Source of the DNA: Glycera tridactyla
Taxonomy: Eukaryota
DNA: 64,000 nt
Assembly (NCBI GenBank): GCA_965644265.1
Contig: OZ286472.1
Coordinates: 65,410,001-65,474,000 of the forward strand
Direction of reading: 5' to 3'
The notes below the pieces were generated by a model. That model was not told the DNA's origin, made no database searches, and saw only the letters and a list, made by a program, of their open reading frames with translations. Position 1 is the first letter of the stretch. Each line of letters starts with the position of its first letter. A program made the position numbers and the translations under genes. Of the stretch, positions 12,889 through 26,944 are shown piece by piece.

Positions 12889-13053
12889 TCACCATTCAGA
12901 TGTGGGTCGAGTGGAGTTGCAGACAGTACAGACCACCACTCAAGTCAGTTATCTCCTCTGGAGAGATGCCTCCTGTGTGAGAAGTTCAGATCACCTGGAT
13001 CCGTGGAATTCATCATCTATTTGTGTAACGAGTCGTGTCCTGAAAACTGAGTA

Positions 13054-13316
13054 CAGTTGAACCTCTCTATAAAGACTGCCTCTGTATACAGTCGAACCTC
13101 CCTATAAAGACCGCCTTCGGTCGCATAAAAAACGCGGCCTTTTTAGGGAGGTAGTCTTTACAGAGAGGTCTTTTACTGTTGAAAATACTACCATGGTCGC
13201 AGTTCAGGGCGGTCTTTATAGGGAGGTGGCCTTTATAGAGAGGCGCTTTAGAGGAGGTTTGACTGTATAAACAAAGTGGTGCTTATAGGCAGGTGGTCTA
13301 TATAGAGAGGTCACTG
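13054..13316. mobile_element. Family-c MITE (13089-13265) nested in an older family-c MITE
   Basis: Inner CAGTCGAACCTCC...GGAGGTTTGACTG with TA on both sides; outer halves 13054-13088 and 13266-13316 rejoin into one short copy. Confidence 0.75.
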
Positions 13317-14329
13317 TAAACTGTTGAGTGTAAAAAGAAAATCATACAGTGTCCTATCCAGAGGGGGCAATTCACCCCACAGACCTGACAATGCCCCTTG
13401 TTTCTGGATGGAGGGGCGCATTCCGCCCCATCAAAAAGCCCAACTGATGCATTTAAATCACACATGTCTATCTGCTTCCTAGGTAGTTGTTTTCACCTGG
13501 CCACACTACCAAGCTCATTTCTTCAATTTATTCGAAACATTGCCTGGAAAAATTTCCCTCTCTCCAAAAACATCCCTAATTTCCTGAAAACGCTCCATTT
13601 TTTCAAAGAGGGGGTGTTTCCCCATGAAGTCAATCCCTAGATTGGAAAGTGCATTGCTTGAAGTCTGTTTGGTTTTGAGAATCAAACCAGAAAGCACTTT
13701 GTATGAATCAGAGAACATTTCATTGAATCACTTCACCAAAATACCAAAAAATTGGATGTTTTCAAGTCAAATCAATTTCTATTGCATTTTTCCACCAAAC
13801 TAAATGAAATTAGGAAATTCTCCACCACCAATTTATAAACTACCACCATCTTGGTGCCGTCAGGAATGAAAACTATTTCAGCAAATCATTTAATTTAATT
13901 GAATTTGTTTAAGCATTCAACTTCACTGATTAACTATCTATAGCTGAAATACTATGATCTATTGAGGGAATTTTGAGTTCCTGACATGAGAAATTTGTTC
14001 TGCATCAACAAATATCATTAATCACAGACTTCTCATGACCATCAATGAGCTATGTTAGAGGATACTGACCCCATCTTCATTCGCTTCAGACTGATTTCTT
14101 TTAGCCAGATTGGCTAAAACTTTGCCAATTCTTTCAGCCAGTTGGCTACCTGGCTAATTGGCTGAGGCCAATGCAGCAGGGGGGCATTCTCACCTGGAGG
14201 ACACAACTGTGATGTCGATGGTTCCAATACTGCCTGGATAGTTCAAGAATGTAATATAATACAAGGAATACAAATGCTGAATGTAGAAACCGGGTCTAAT
14301 AACCCTTCAATACATTTTGTCCCTATAGC

Positions 14330-14595
14330 CAGGGTTTTTCCTGTTAAAGTCTTAGGTGGCCCACATAAGCCTTTTTCTTCACCACCTAAGCCTTTTTCCC
14401 ATTGATCTTACCACTTAAGACTCATTTACCTAGAAATGCTTTGTTTCATCTATTATTTCAGACATTATTAGCAATTATTGAGCTCATTCACCATATTCAT
14501 TCTTCTTTGAATCTAGGATTTCAGAACCAAGCCTTTGAAATTGACGGAATGACCCAGTACCACCTAAGCCTATCAGACAATCAGGGAAAACCCTG
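14330..14595. mobile_element. hAT-type MITE (second family)
   Basis: TIR CAGGGTTTT(T)CC / GGAAAACCCTG; perfect 8-bp TSD CCTATAGC. Confidence 0.88.
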
Positions 14596-14678
14596 CCTAT
14601 AGCAGGACAGGTCTAAATAGAAGAGGTTGTTGTAGAACAAAAGACGCTATAGCTATCTTCCCTAACTCAGAAGAAATA

Positions 14679-14814
14679 CAGTCAAACCTGCACTAAATAC
14701 CATCTCTCAATAAAAGATGACCTCCCTATAAATACCATCCTGAGCTGCAACCTTCTTCTTCTATAAAGACCACTTTTGATGCCACAAAGGTAGTCTTTAT
14801 AGACAGGTTTAACC
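14679..14814. mobile_element. Degenerate TA-MITE (family c)
   Basis: TA|CAGTCAAACCTG...TATAGACAGGTTTAAC. Confidence 0.65.
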
Positions 14815-15869
14815 ATATGTAAATATTCCATCAACCAATTGGATTGGAGAAATGCCAGTCCTCTGAACTCTCCATGTTAACAGTGTCTGTCTGTCTGTCT
14901 GTCTGGTATGTCTGTCTGTCTGGTATGTCTGTCTGTCTGGTACTGGTTAAATGAAAATAGAAAATCCTATTCTTATCGGATTAAGTCTATACTGCAATCC
15001 ACAATCAAATTGGACTTACCATGAACTCAGCGTGAATAATTACAAACGAATAATTTTGAGTCCAGAAACTGGTAAATCAACTCATCCTTTTTCTGCAGAG
15101 CATTAGGAGAATGACAATGACACCAACAGCTGATCAAATGTCACTCTATAGTGCATAAGTACTCCTCCCACTGTCCCAGTTTGAGTGACACAGGCTGTCG
15201 TTTTGTGTGAACTGTGGTGAACTGGGGTGAGAAACGATGGCAACAACACTCAACAGAGAGCAAATCCTAATATCAACACCCCTTCGTAGACTTCCAATGA
15301 TGATGCCTTGTTAGATGAGCAAGCATAGGTCAATCCACAAAACGAGCCTGCATACAAACGTAACCAGTAACAGGCTCAGCTAAGCGGAACCACGGTAAAC
15401 CAGGTAAACAGTGCCTCATAGAGAGTTGCCAAGTTCAGAGTTGTGACGTGGCTCAATTGTCGACTACATTTCAACTGATAGATGCACTCTAACACCACTT
15501 ACCACGCACTCGATGCGCTCCGGACTTTGCCCGACATGACCATGTGATGTTCCGATGATTGACATGTTCGCTTGTGACCTAATCACAAAGATAACGAGTG
15601 ATGCATCGCACTTGGAACCTTCGGACTTGTGCCAGTTGTGGTTGTTGTTGGGGTCCAGACTCGTGTATCACTCCGGAGGCCGGTGCTGGACGTTCCGTCT
15701 GTATCGCGGATCGAGTGTGTCTGTATCAGATTCGTTCCACCAGATGCCGCACGAGTCGACTGTACAGTTGACTGAGTTCCCTCGTCTGATATGGTGTATC
15801 AGGTGCATCTACTGGTTCAGTTGGATTCGGAACAGGTACTACTGTACAGTAGGCATTGCCAGGTGGTTT

Positions 15870-16598
15870 TTCAAACTCAAACTCAAAATAATTTTATTCA
15901 AGCACGCCATCATCATGAGTATATAAAAACAATGTGAAAACAAAGCAATATTCGCCTAAACTGAGATGCATGCATCCCCTCAGGCTCCAGTATGAATAGA
16001 GAAACTGAGGGGAGGTGGTTATTTATAGAAGAGTGTATTGAAAAAGGAGCCTAGAACCAGGGTCCACACCAGATCAGTCAAGTGATAAGAGCCACAACAA
16101 CCAGGCAGGCCTCCCGAGAAACTTGCACCAAACCCCAAGCACCCCTCCCTATGTATGTCCTCACCATGATGATGTAATATGGGAAGGCTATACAAGAATG
16201 GTTTGAATAAAGAAGCACAAGTTGTGGCTATATTATCAAGTGGGATGATTTTCAAAATCAATGAATGAAGGTGACAAAAGTCTCTTGAAAGCAGCAAAAT
16301 TTTCTTCACTCCTGGTTGAGATTTCAAGAGAATTCCATGATGCTGGACCATGGTATAAAATTGATTTCTTACCAGCTTCAGACCTGAACTTTGGTATTCT
16401 CGTGAGTTCAGTTTGAGTTCCTCTGGTAGTTCGGCCAGTAGCCTATGGAAGATTGGTGCATATTGTTTATGTAATCCTGTCTCAGGGTATTTCTCTGCTT
16501 TAGGCAATTCATGTGCATAAGACGTCTGTTTTCAAAATTCAAAAGCCCTTGAGTTTTGTGTTGTCCTTCAATACCCTGAGAAGTTGCGACATCCATTC
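15870..16598 (-). mobile_element. CR1/L2-type LINE 3' end
   Basis: Decayed ORF2 C-terminus (L.FENRR.MH), AATAAA then (TTTGAG)n tail near 15870-15900; second copy 26945-27580. Confidence 0.7.
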
Positions 16599-18525
16599 NN
16601 NNNNNNNNNNNNNNNNNNNNNNNNNNNNNNNNNNNNNNNNNNNNNNNNNNNNNNNNNNNNNNNNNNNNNNNNNNNNNNNNNNNNNNNNNNNNNNNNNNNN
16701 NNNNNNNNNNNNNNNNNNNNNNNNNNNNNNNNNNNNNNNTTAGTGTTCTTAGAGTACCCCTGTATCAGGGCTGGGGATAGCTCTTAACTATGAGTTCGTA
16801 TACCACTGTGTGGAATGGGATGTGTCTGTCTTTCTTTCTGGTGAGAAGAGGATCAGTGTTAGGACTCCAGATGCTAAAATGGCCTACAACAGGGGCAGAC
16901 TCTCATATGACTCAGTGTAATATGCGATGTTTTAACTATTTATATACTATATTGTCATCAAAACGTTCGGTGAATGATGCCCGACCCTCCTATCCAACTG
17001 CAATGCTGTTGAATGCAGTAATGCGGGAACACTCTAACACGCCGTCTCACAGCTTACTGCAAGAAATGAGCGGACAATATCAGCATTATGTATTTTCTAT
17101 GTATATTCAATGTTTGATATATTTAATTTCTGAATATCATGTATTGTCTGAATTGTATTATGTTGTGCAATGTGTAACGAGACGTAAATGAGGATTCATC
17201 CTCATATCCTTGAAAAAATGAATAATTTTAAATGCTTTGAATCTTTCTCTTGCTGCCTTCTCTATTTTATCTGTCTATCTATTTTTCAGTGCAGTATTCT
17301 CCAATTCTGAATAAGTGCACGGTTACCATAAAATATTTGAGGTACATGCGAACACCGTCAGGCTGTTCAGTTTGGCTAACAGTGACATTAGCCGTTAAAT
17401 CCCGTCTCATATTCTTTATCTCAAGTGCGACAGAGAAAATGGGGGCCTGATTTCCGTTACAAAATGTAACAAAACGTTAGCGACCTTCAGCCGCAACTGG
17501 ATAGCCCGGGACAAGTTCGGCTATAGTTGTAGCGGATTGCCGATAATCTCAGTTTCGACTCATGAGTCATGACACTCTCGACGAATTGACAAGGCCATGA
17601 GCCGAACGCAAGATTGTCGACAAACTGTTGCAATTGCCACTCACCCGAATTTGTCCCTCATGCTACTGTGAATCTCCAACAGATGAATTGAAACATGGCT
17701 CGACACGCGGAGTATGATTTCCACTAATATATCGTCCACTTGACCACCAACTTTTTTGTGAGAAACTGTGAAGTTCGTGTCCAAGTAGGAATGCTGCGAT
17801 CTCGGCATCTCAGCATGGTACTTTAGCCGAGTCACGTGCATCCACAGTCATTCGGNNNNNNNNNNNNNNNNNNNNNNNNNNNNNNNNNNNNNNNNNNNNN
17901 NNNNNNNNNNNNNNNNNNNNNNNNNNNNNNNNNNNNNNNNNNNNNNNNNNNNNNNNNNNNNNNNNNNNNNNNNNNNNNNNNNNNNNNNNNNNNNNNNNNN
18001 NNNNNNNNNNNNNNNNNNNNNNNNNNNNNNNNNNNNNNNNNNNNNNNNNNNNNNNNNNNNNNNNNNNNNNNNNNNNNNNNNNNNNNNNNNNNNNNNNNNN
18101 NNNNNNNNNNNNNNNNNNNNNNNNNNNNNNNNNNNCCATAGAGAAATTGCAATACTGACTACTGAAGATATGAAAAATCTCGAATTTTCTTATTTGTTTT
18201 GGAAATCTCCTGTTGTCGAATGAGCACTGTGGAAACAAGAACAATGACTGGAATGATTCATCCCTTGTCAAAGCAATGATGGATTGTTATGTCACGAGGC
18301 AGAGATTCAGCTGTTAATCAGACACCTTATCAACTTCATCCCGAAAATGTTTGATCGTAGGTCATCCGATGATTGGTCATGTAATTTACATGTCATATCA
18401 TGTCGTATCATGCAATATCATGTGATATTATGCCCTATCATGTCATGGATTCATATTACATCTGGTCTATGTCACAGCATGGCAGCCATAATACACATAA
18501 CGTATGAGACGAATGGATTAACATA

Positions 18526-18703
18526 CAGTCTAACTTGTCCTAAGCATGAAGTCACGGGACATGGAAAATGTGTGTGCTCAGGGGATGTTCATGCTTAGTA
18601 CAGGTCATATATAGTGAAAAATATTCTGGTGGGATGAACAGACTCCTGTTGCTTAAGACAAGTTGTTGCTTAGTACAAGTCTTGCTTAGGACACGTTTGA
18701 CTG
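18526..18703. mobile_element. TA-MITE (family d)
   Basis: TA|CAGTCTAACTTGTCCTAAGC...GCTTAGGACACGTTTGACTG|TA; 178 bp. Confidence 0.8.
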
Positions 18704-19539
18704 TAAATCATTTCCATTCATACGCATTACCATTATGAATATAATCATTATAGTCGCATATATTGATATTTCGAGTGGATAACTGCAGAAGTAGTGTATA
18801 GACATTGGAGCCCTACTGATCCACACAGAGACCTGAAGTGATCTTCATGGATCTTGCTTGTTTGAGTGAATGATTACTTCGCGAGTTGTGTTAATTGGAA
18901 TTCTTGGGAGGTAAATAATTTTATGGCGATTCAGTACTGATCAATCGAGCATATATAATGAACAATTCTTTCGAATGTGTCTATATTATGAATAAACTAC
19001 ACTGGAACTGATCGGGCTGACGTTCAAATAAATTACGCGGTCTTACCTAAACTCTGATAAAGTCAGGATATGGTCAGATGAAATGCGATATGCATCCCTT
19101 GGTTCAAAAATGAGAATATATCACCGAATATAATTTCGAAGGTCATATGACCCTCTGAATCCAGAAGCTGGAAATGTGTTGGTGACTAAAATTTTTGCCC
19201 TATTACCATGGCAACAAAAACTGAAAATAATGATGGATTTTATTTATCCAGGCCTAGCACGTTGCATCATTCAATTCCTTTTCCATATGATATTTGCTAT
19301 TGCCAAAGATGTCCCCGTTTGTCACATGATCGAACACGCAAGTGTGGGGCGGTTCATTCTCGGGATTGTGGTATGTTGATTAAAATGAAACTCTCAGACA
19401 GACCCTGTTGACATTTCCGACGACTAGAAATGTGATCACGGCGAATTCCCCTTGTATATTTCACCTTGGAACACCAAATATGTCAATTTCACTCTTCCTT
19501 TTGCTAGACAGGACAAATTCACATCTTGCTGGTCGATTT

Positions 19540-19720
19540 CAGTATTTGTTATAGCCCAGGAAGTGTATGTATGCATTGCTGCATGGAATTTAGTTATTCG
19601 ATTCTGTTTTGCTTGGTGATCTGGTTATACTTCCAACCCCCACTCGCCACTTGCATAATTGAGGATAGAGAAAACCGCTGGCTTTCACCAGGGTCTCAAG
19701 GGCCGCGTGGCCCATATTTG
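19540..19720 (-). mobile_element. Highly decayed LINE ORF2 C-terminal fragment
   Basis: Translation KPAVFSILNYASGEWG...QNRITKF resembles the post-RT motif of non-LTR ORF2 proteins; interrupted by stops. Confidence 0.35.
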
Positions 19721-20201
19721 CTGAAGACTCAACCATATTCATGGTGTTTGAGATCTCCGCCAACGGCTGGAGATCTCTATGCTACCACCTCGCTGCTCGA
19801 CCTGTACACAAACTCCGCCGATTCTGATACTTGAGGCTGATATCATCAACCGAATCATGGTCGGGGCTGTATGAACGATACAAGTAATACAATCTAAGAC
19901 AATTTCAAGATGATTTATGGATCTGATGAATGACAATTTGAGAAAATGTAGTGATCACATAATAGGCAAATCTCACAACACTCTTTTTTGGGGCCGATTA
20001 CCGCTTCACACAGATCTCGGCGGCTCGGTTATGTATAGCTGCGCAAAAATAGTGAGTGCGTGCAAGACAGGCAGGCAGCCCTGGACGCTCCACCACATTC
20101 TCACAGAGCAGCCATTGCGAAAGCAGCTCGAGATCACTGGGACACTGTCGGAAGCTGTCTTGCTGATCGTGCTTAGATCAGGAATATAACTTGTTCGTCT
20201 C

Positions 20202-20203
<2 letters not shown>

Positions 20204-20272
<69 letters not shown>
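20204..20272. repeat. (TG)n microsatellite
   Basis: Direct reading. Confidence 0.95.
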
Positions 20273-20274
<2 letters not shown>

Positions 20275-20499
20275 GGAGATCTCTCGGTGCACGTGGGCTC
20301 TTGTTCCAAAACCTCTTGGTACTGACTGAGTATCCTGACTGTAGTGTCATGTGACAGATGCTTTCTCATGTGGTATCCAGCGTATATGTATAATGCTGTA
20401 TAGCCTGGTTCCTATCTACAACAGCACAGTTTTGTTTGACTGCTGCACTTCCGATGAGATCTTACATGTATGACTCATAATACTCCCCATCGGCTGCAC

Positions 20500-20950
20500 C
20501 ATGAGCATATAGAAAACTGGGCAGAAAAGTGGCTGGTGAGACGGCCGAAATTCGGCCGTCAAGGGTAGCATATATTGGCCAAGTACGCCCCTACATATAT
20601 CACACATTACATTACATTACATAAATGTGTTACAGACGCCTTGGATTGAAAAATACACCCAGAATGTTCATCATCAATAAACAGAAATTCTAGGCATTGT
20701 GGACGTCTCAAGACCGAATATTGAATCACGGCGGCTACCAGTAGTTCGCCAAGATATATAGATGTGTGTTACAAACGTCTTGGATCGAAAATACACCCAG
20801 AACGTTCATCATCAATCTACAGAAATTATAGGCATTCTAGTTGTGATGGTGATCGTCGGGGTCACATTAGTGTGTCCTGACGCCCTAATTTCGGCCGTTT
20901 CACCGGCCATCAGAAGCCACTTTATCGACCGATTTTATAGCTCCCATGAG
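20500..20950. mobile_element. MITE-like element with about 60-bp imperfect inverted arms and an internal about 80-bp direct duplication
   Basis: AAAGTGGC..GGTGAGACGGCCGAAATT vs AATTTCGGCCGTTTCACC..GCCACTTT; duplicated GTGTTACA.ACG.CTTGGAT.GAAAATACACCCAGAA at about 20626 and 20765. Confidence 0.5.
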
Positions 20951-22609
20951 GGCATCATATCAAATTGTTCCTTGAACCCCGAAGCATCAGTTGACATCAT
21001 GAGTCTCATCTTTTTCTCTACAATGGGTCTGGGGAATGTAGCTTCACAAATGCATTGGACCAGTGAATAACAACATTCAATTTATCAGTGATAATCTCAC
21101 CATTCATGATAATTCCACATTTGACAATCGTCATCCTGAGAATGAAGTCGTATACTTATATCCATGTTTGAATATTTTGACGAAAAAAAATAAAGTTATA
21201 ATCGATCAATTATTCAAACAATTGCCACTACGATTATTACTANNNNNNNNNNNNNNNNNNNNNNNNNNNNNNNNNNNNNNNNNNNNNNNNNNNNNNNNNN
21301 NNNNNNNNNNNNNNNNNNNNNNNNNNNNNNNNNNNNNNNNNNNNNNNNNNNNNNNNNNNNNNNNNNNNNNNNNNNNNNNNNNNNNNNNNNNNNNNNNNNN
21401 NNNNNNNNNNNNNNNNAAATCATAATAATAATAATTATTATCATTTTTATTATTATTACTATTATTATTATTATTAATACGAGCACGAGTTATTACAATG
21501 TATTGAAAAATGTTACTTTTGAAACATGCCATGTACATGAGAACACTAGATTACCCATCCTCACACACCCACTAATAATATAAAAATACCCCTACCCGCC
21601 AATCCTTCAAAAGAAATAAACCTCTCAAAATTTAGAAATAATCACACTCCAAGGGGTAACCCCCAGTCCGAATCATCACACACTCACACTGCACCCACTC
21701 AACAGAGGACAACTGCAGACCACCTCCACACACAGAATGATGACATCACACTCACAATCCCACTACACAAATAACACCTAGCAACCACCACACACACTAC
21801 CAACGCACCGCAATGAGCAGACATCACCTAGCAACACCACAATACATCCACCCACAATGCACCTGCAACACACACTATAAATACGGAGACCAGAGGGCAA
21901 GCCTTCACGGGAGGGCGGGAGGGCGCTCAAACTCTGAGCTATCAAAATTCTTAGCTTCTCTTCCTCTTCTTTTTTGCGGATGTACATACACCCAACACAC
22001 ATGCTGAGTACACAGACAACAAAGACCACAGGCAGAAATTTAATGGATGGAGGCCACCCACCTCTGGACAGGAAACCAAGACAGCACTGTCTGTCCAGGG
22101 CCACTCGGACAAGCCCACTATATACGAGCCTTGCTGCTCCCCAGATCCCCTCACTACTCGGATCTGATCTGCCTTCTTCAAAATTTTGCATGTCTCATTG
22201 ACAACCTTATATATATATATATATATATATATGGGTCACCCTGCCACCACACCGCCACACACTCACTTCCCATAGAACTCAATCACACCTCCCTCTCAAC
22301 GGCTTCGGCCTCAACTAGGGGGCGCCGTCTGGCGCCCGGAGCTCGGACTCCGAACCTTCATCATCATCATCAGCAAGCCTTCACTTGCTCCCTGGTCACT
22401 GGGACAGTCACTTGTACGCTTCAATCATACCACCTGACGAAGACCTGTCAACTGGTCGAAAAAATTCGTGGACGCGCAGCTACACACACTGTACAGAGAC
22501 ACACATGCTATTCACACATTTTTGTCCAACACTGTCACTGATGTATCTGATGAACATGTAGATAAATTATACGGGAGCAAAACGGTTGTGTCCGTTTCCA
22601 CTAACCATA

Positions 22610-22653
22610 TTATTATCATTATTATTATTATTATTATCATCATCATTATTATT

Positions 22654-22685
<32 letters not shown>

Positions 22686-22715
22686 TATCATCATCATCGT
22701 TACCATTATTATTGT
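22610..22715. repeat. (ATT/ATC)n microsatellite
   Basis: Direct reading; similar tracts at 21420-21480, 38690-38925, 39400-39490. Confidence 0.95.
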
Positions 22716-23659
22716 TGTGTAGAGGAAAAAGATCCAACGAATCACATACCCCAGAAATGGTGTTCTTTATTCCTCTGGTACATCATCAGTATAAGGCAGC
22801 GTACAGCAGGCAAAGGAACATGCAGAGGACATGCAAGTGATGGGCTACATCAGAAGCAACTCGATACATGACACTTGGCTGAGTAAGTTAAGGCTCAGGC
22901 TAGGAGGAAACAGTGGGGAGATTTCCTTGAAGGTTTTCGGACTGCAACCAAGAGCCCGAGCACCAGAGGATGGAACTGATGCCCCAAGTGCGGGGGGTCT
23001 GAAGTCTGGGAATACGTACCCCAGAGTCAAGGAATACCCATCCTCCCTCCAAGGATCAAATCGATCCAGTGTAAAAGTTGGAGGGGAAGGTGGGAAAACG
23101 AGAAAGATGTTAATATGAGAATCCAAATTGTGTGCGGAGATCAATATAGATGTCTCAACTGTGCAGTTATGCACAACCGAGAGATGTGTGTCCAGCTTTG
23201 GAAGATGTGACCTAAGTATGAGAAATATTTATCAATTGACAGTCAGGTGGGTGGAAGCCAACTGGCACAAGGAAAGTCAATGTGTCATACGTTAGACCCA
23301 CACACATGTGGCAAGTATGCTAGTTCTCATAGTTACAACTGATATTATAGAAAATAAGCTGCCGAAGCAGAATGTAAACAATGGCAATCTCTGACAAGTG
23401 TAAAGCTCTATGTATATGTAGAAAATGTATATATACCCGCATGCATCTCTCGTAGGCAGAAAATTGTATACTTCGTGCAAAATCAAGTGATCCGTGCTTG
23501 AGACTGATCGATAAGTCTATGAAAACGTCCTGTGTATTATTAGTATTCCTCCGTTCTTAATATGTTGATTGTCACTTTTGTTTCTTGCATGTTCCTGTGT
23601 ACGTGTCCAGTGAATCTCTTTGTACGACAATTGTCATCTGCTTCCATGAATACAGATTT

Positions 23660-23960
23660 ATAAAACTAAACTATAATCTGTACTTTCTTTGCATTCACCT
23701 TCATCTCCAAATTAGTAAACCAATTGGACATAAACAGGTATTTCGGGGCATTCTTGGCATCTAGGGCAAGTAATACTATGTCATCCGTGTACATTCGCAA
23801 TGACAGCCTCTCTCCATTAATCGATAATTCAGTGTTTGAATTTCTCACTTCATATGCTGAATCAGTTATGAAGCTTGCTAATAGAATAGGGCCCATCGAT
23901 TCCCCCTGTCACACCCCAGAATTCATTGGGATTCATTTAGTTTGGTAGCCAGTGCCTTGA
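23660..23960 (-). mobile_element. LINE reverse transcriptase fragment
   Basis: GV*QGESMGPILLASFITD...LRMYTDDIVLLA...MKVNAKK: RT motifs QG..(L)SP and Y(A/T)DD. Confidence 0.75.
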
Positions 23961-24775
23961 TCGACTCATACACCTTGACATTCACACCGAGTTTCTGCAA
24001 TTTGTAGCGAATGCTGATTGCAACTAGCGAGAGCATGTGCTTACTTGTGACACCATACAGGTTCATGTCCTTTTCATGCGAACCAACGCTAGTACACACA
24101 AATATTGTTTTGAATTGGTCCGTGAAGAGAATTAGTCGATTTGTTCATTTTTGAAGATGATAAATGAGAAAGAATGAGGGAGGGTCAGGCCATAGTTGGC
24201 GACTTCACCATAAAGTCTCGTGCGTATGAGTTGTTCCACTCTAGTGCCCGTATGTGGCGACTCACCCGCCCCCAAGCTAACGGAATCGCCCAGTGGAAAT
24301 GAAGGAATTCAGTTACCCTTGAACTCAGCTTCCCCTGTGTCTAGAACAACAACCTTGTCAGAAACTGAGTTATCATCCGCTGTGATGACCTCCCAATTCC
24401 ATCCTATCTTCTGCCTAATGATTTCTTGAAGATTTATTTTCATATTGCTTCATAAGTATTTATTCAGGAGATGAGCCAATATTGACTCATTTCCATCTCT
24501 ACACATATACACATATACACATCACATATCAAGAGAAAAGTATACATCAATACACAATTCTCACTTTACACATGTTTCTAACTAATTTACAAAAGACGGT
24601 CACGTGATCTATACATACTCTCCTTACTCACTAGATGTAATGAAAATGGCGAAACACAATGACAATCGACACGCTGTTTGGCAGCTTAACGGGTGGGGGG
24701 GGGGGGGGGTAACCATATTCACCGAACGTCACGATAAAACATTCCCATCATATATATTACCTAATCGGTTAACAG

Positions 24776-25900
24776 TTAGACAAATTCGGACATCCTGCTG
24801 GCATGTAGACGTCTCTTGAAGCTGCTTACACTAGCAGCATCCCTGATACTAGATGGTAGGCCATTACAATTTCGTGCACCCCTTACACTCAGTCTATTAT
24901 CACCCATAACTGTGCTTGACCTGGGGACATTTAACAGGCCTGTGGTTTGACTACATTTGATAGGGCCCTCCATTGTTTTTCTTGACTCAAACAGGCTATC
25001 AAGCGGTGGTGGATAGAGATCATGCACACATCTATAAACACAGATGGATAGGTGATCATTTATTCTGTCATTCAATAATGGTAATTTTAAAGTTGCGTGC
25101 ATTTCATCGACAGAGGACATGCCGTCCGCTTGCAGTATAACCCGGCATCCAGCATTTTGGATGCGTTGCAGCCTCGGCCGATTGTTAACACTAGTTGTAC
25201 AGTAGGCAACATCTCCATAATCCAGTATAGGCAATATCAGTGACTTGTACAGCATATATGCTGTCGTTTGGTCTATAGAAGTAAGGGCCTTGCCAATTAT
25301 AAAACAGTTTACTAGAACTACTGCAGGCCGTCTGCATCACATGCTTGTCGAAACTGAGTCGAGGCTCCAGATACACTCCCAAATACTTAAATGACTCAAC
25401 CAAACAACATCCACTTTGTTTTCGACGCATCCAATGTGAGTTTACTAAGGTGGAGCCACGACTCAGCTTCTATTGTGGCCATCTGTAGGTTCAACTCCAT
25501 TGTGTCTGGGTCATCAGAGGTAACATAAAGTATAGTGTCGTCTGCGTACATACGCACTTTGCTATTGCTGATGTTCTCTGGTAGGTCATTTATATAGACT
25601 ATAAACATGAGTGGACCCAGGATTGAGCATTGCAGCATGCCACACGTGATTGTACGCTCAGTTGTGAGGACGCCCTTTACTCGCGTAACTTGCGTCCGAT
25701 TAGATAGATACTCCCAGAACCAGCCCAACGAGGTGTCATTCATTCCGTATTTGGATAATTTATACAGTAGGGTCTCATGATTTACTGTGTCGAATGCTTT
25801 TTTCAGGTCCAGGAAGACCGGCCTACTAGCTCGCCCCTTATCAATTTCTTCCCATATCTCCTCTAAAATAGTGAGCAGGCACGTGCAAGTGGAGTGGCCC
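24776..25900 (-). mobile_element. CR1/L2-group LINE ORF2 (RT and C-terminus), frameshifted
   Basis: DLKKAFDTVNHETLL, SILGPLMFIVYINDLP, RMYADDT, FKYLGVYL, LYKSLILPILDYGD, SVSSFKRRL. Confidence 0.92.
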
Positions 25901-26944
25901 TTTGCACCTCGGACGGTTGCCTAGCTTATCCGGGCGGGACTGAATATATTGTTTAAATGTATCCCCCCCCCCTTCTCCCTCCAAGACAATAACCACTGAA
26001 GCAATGGTAGTACCTTTGGTGTAAATATGTATATATGTATAATTGTGTGAGTGAATATGTGTAATCGTAAGAGTATAAGCTGTATGTACTCCGAGACCAT
26101 TGTGTGTATATATGTTAATCATGCGCTCTCTTTTTGCGTTTATTTTTTAGGTAACGGTCAAAGATACGTTGTCTTTTTTAGGTTATGTGCTTGTACAGAT
26201 AGGGGTCTACATTCTCTAAATTTGTGTTCCACTGAAAAAAAAAACGATTACGCCATTTTACATCGAATTTTCGTGTTCTAGCATAATTTGCGGGGGCACC
26301 TCCTTGGCTTTTTGCAAGTGGTTGTTGATTGTATCTTTTTGAACTGTTTTTGTGTGAATTGGCTGTATAATCCCACCACTCTGTCATTTGCTTGATCGAT
26401 GCCATCTTGATTCTGTTTTTGCTCCACTAATAAATCAATCGACTCCGCTCGCCTTCTTTAATCTAGCAAGATATTTTCTGATGGAACTTTTGATAGCTAA
26501 GATTAACACGAACTCAAAATTTTTCTATTTGTTTGTTTGTTTGACTGTTTTGACTGATCTCAGTCCAGTACCACTGTCAGAGCCTGAAGGTTCTGATCTC
26601 CCCAGTGCTGCTATTGGCTACTTATGGGTGATTGGTCTAATCTTGGAGAGGCACAACCCTCTGCCTGTGATTGAATTTTGAACCTCCTCTCTTGTGCTTG
26701 CATGTGTGTGTATGCTGAGGACGTGTATCAATGTAGCTGGTTTTTGACGTCACTTATTATAGCGCCACTGCTAACCTAGGACCATATATATGTTTTGTGA
26801 CTATTGGTGTAGTGCATGGTTCACCCATGCCAGTAATGCATCCTCACACCCTGCCGTGATCACCCATCCCACGCTGCAGCCACAGCTGTTCTACCATTTG
26901 GGTCAAGTGTGAAGACGCTACCACAACACCAAGCAGCTCCCCTT

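Noticed and set aside
19775-19835. Plus-strand peptide ATTSLLDLYTNSADSDT resembling exon 1 of A (ATILVINLYTTSSDADA)
   Set aside because: Only 17 residues, no start, anchor or donor, adjacent to a LINE remnant; chance match likely
21560-23120. C/A-rich block and ORFs as a Penelope or other retroelement
   Set aside because: No convincing GIY-YIG or RT motif readable; left unannotated
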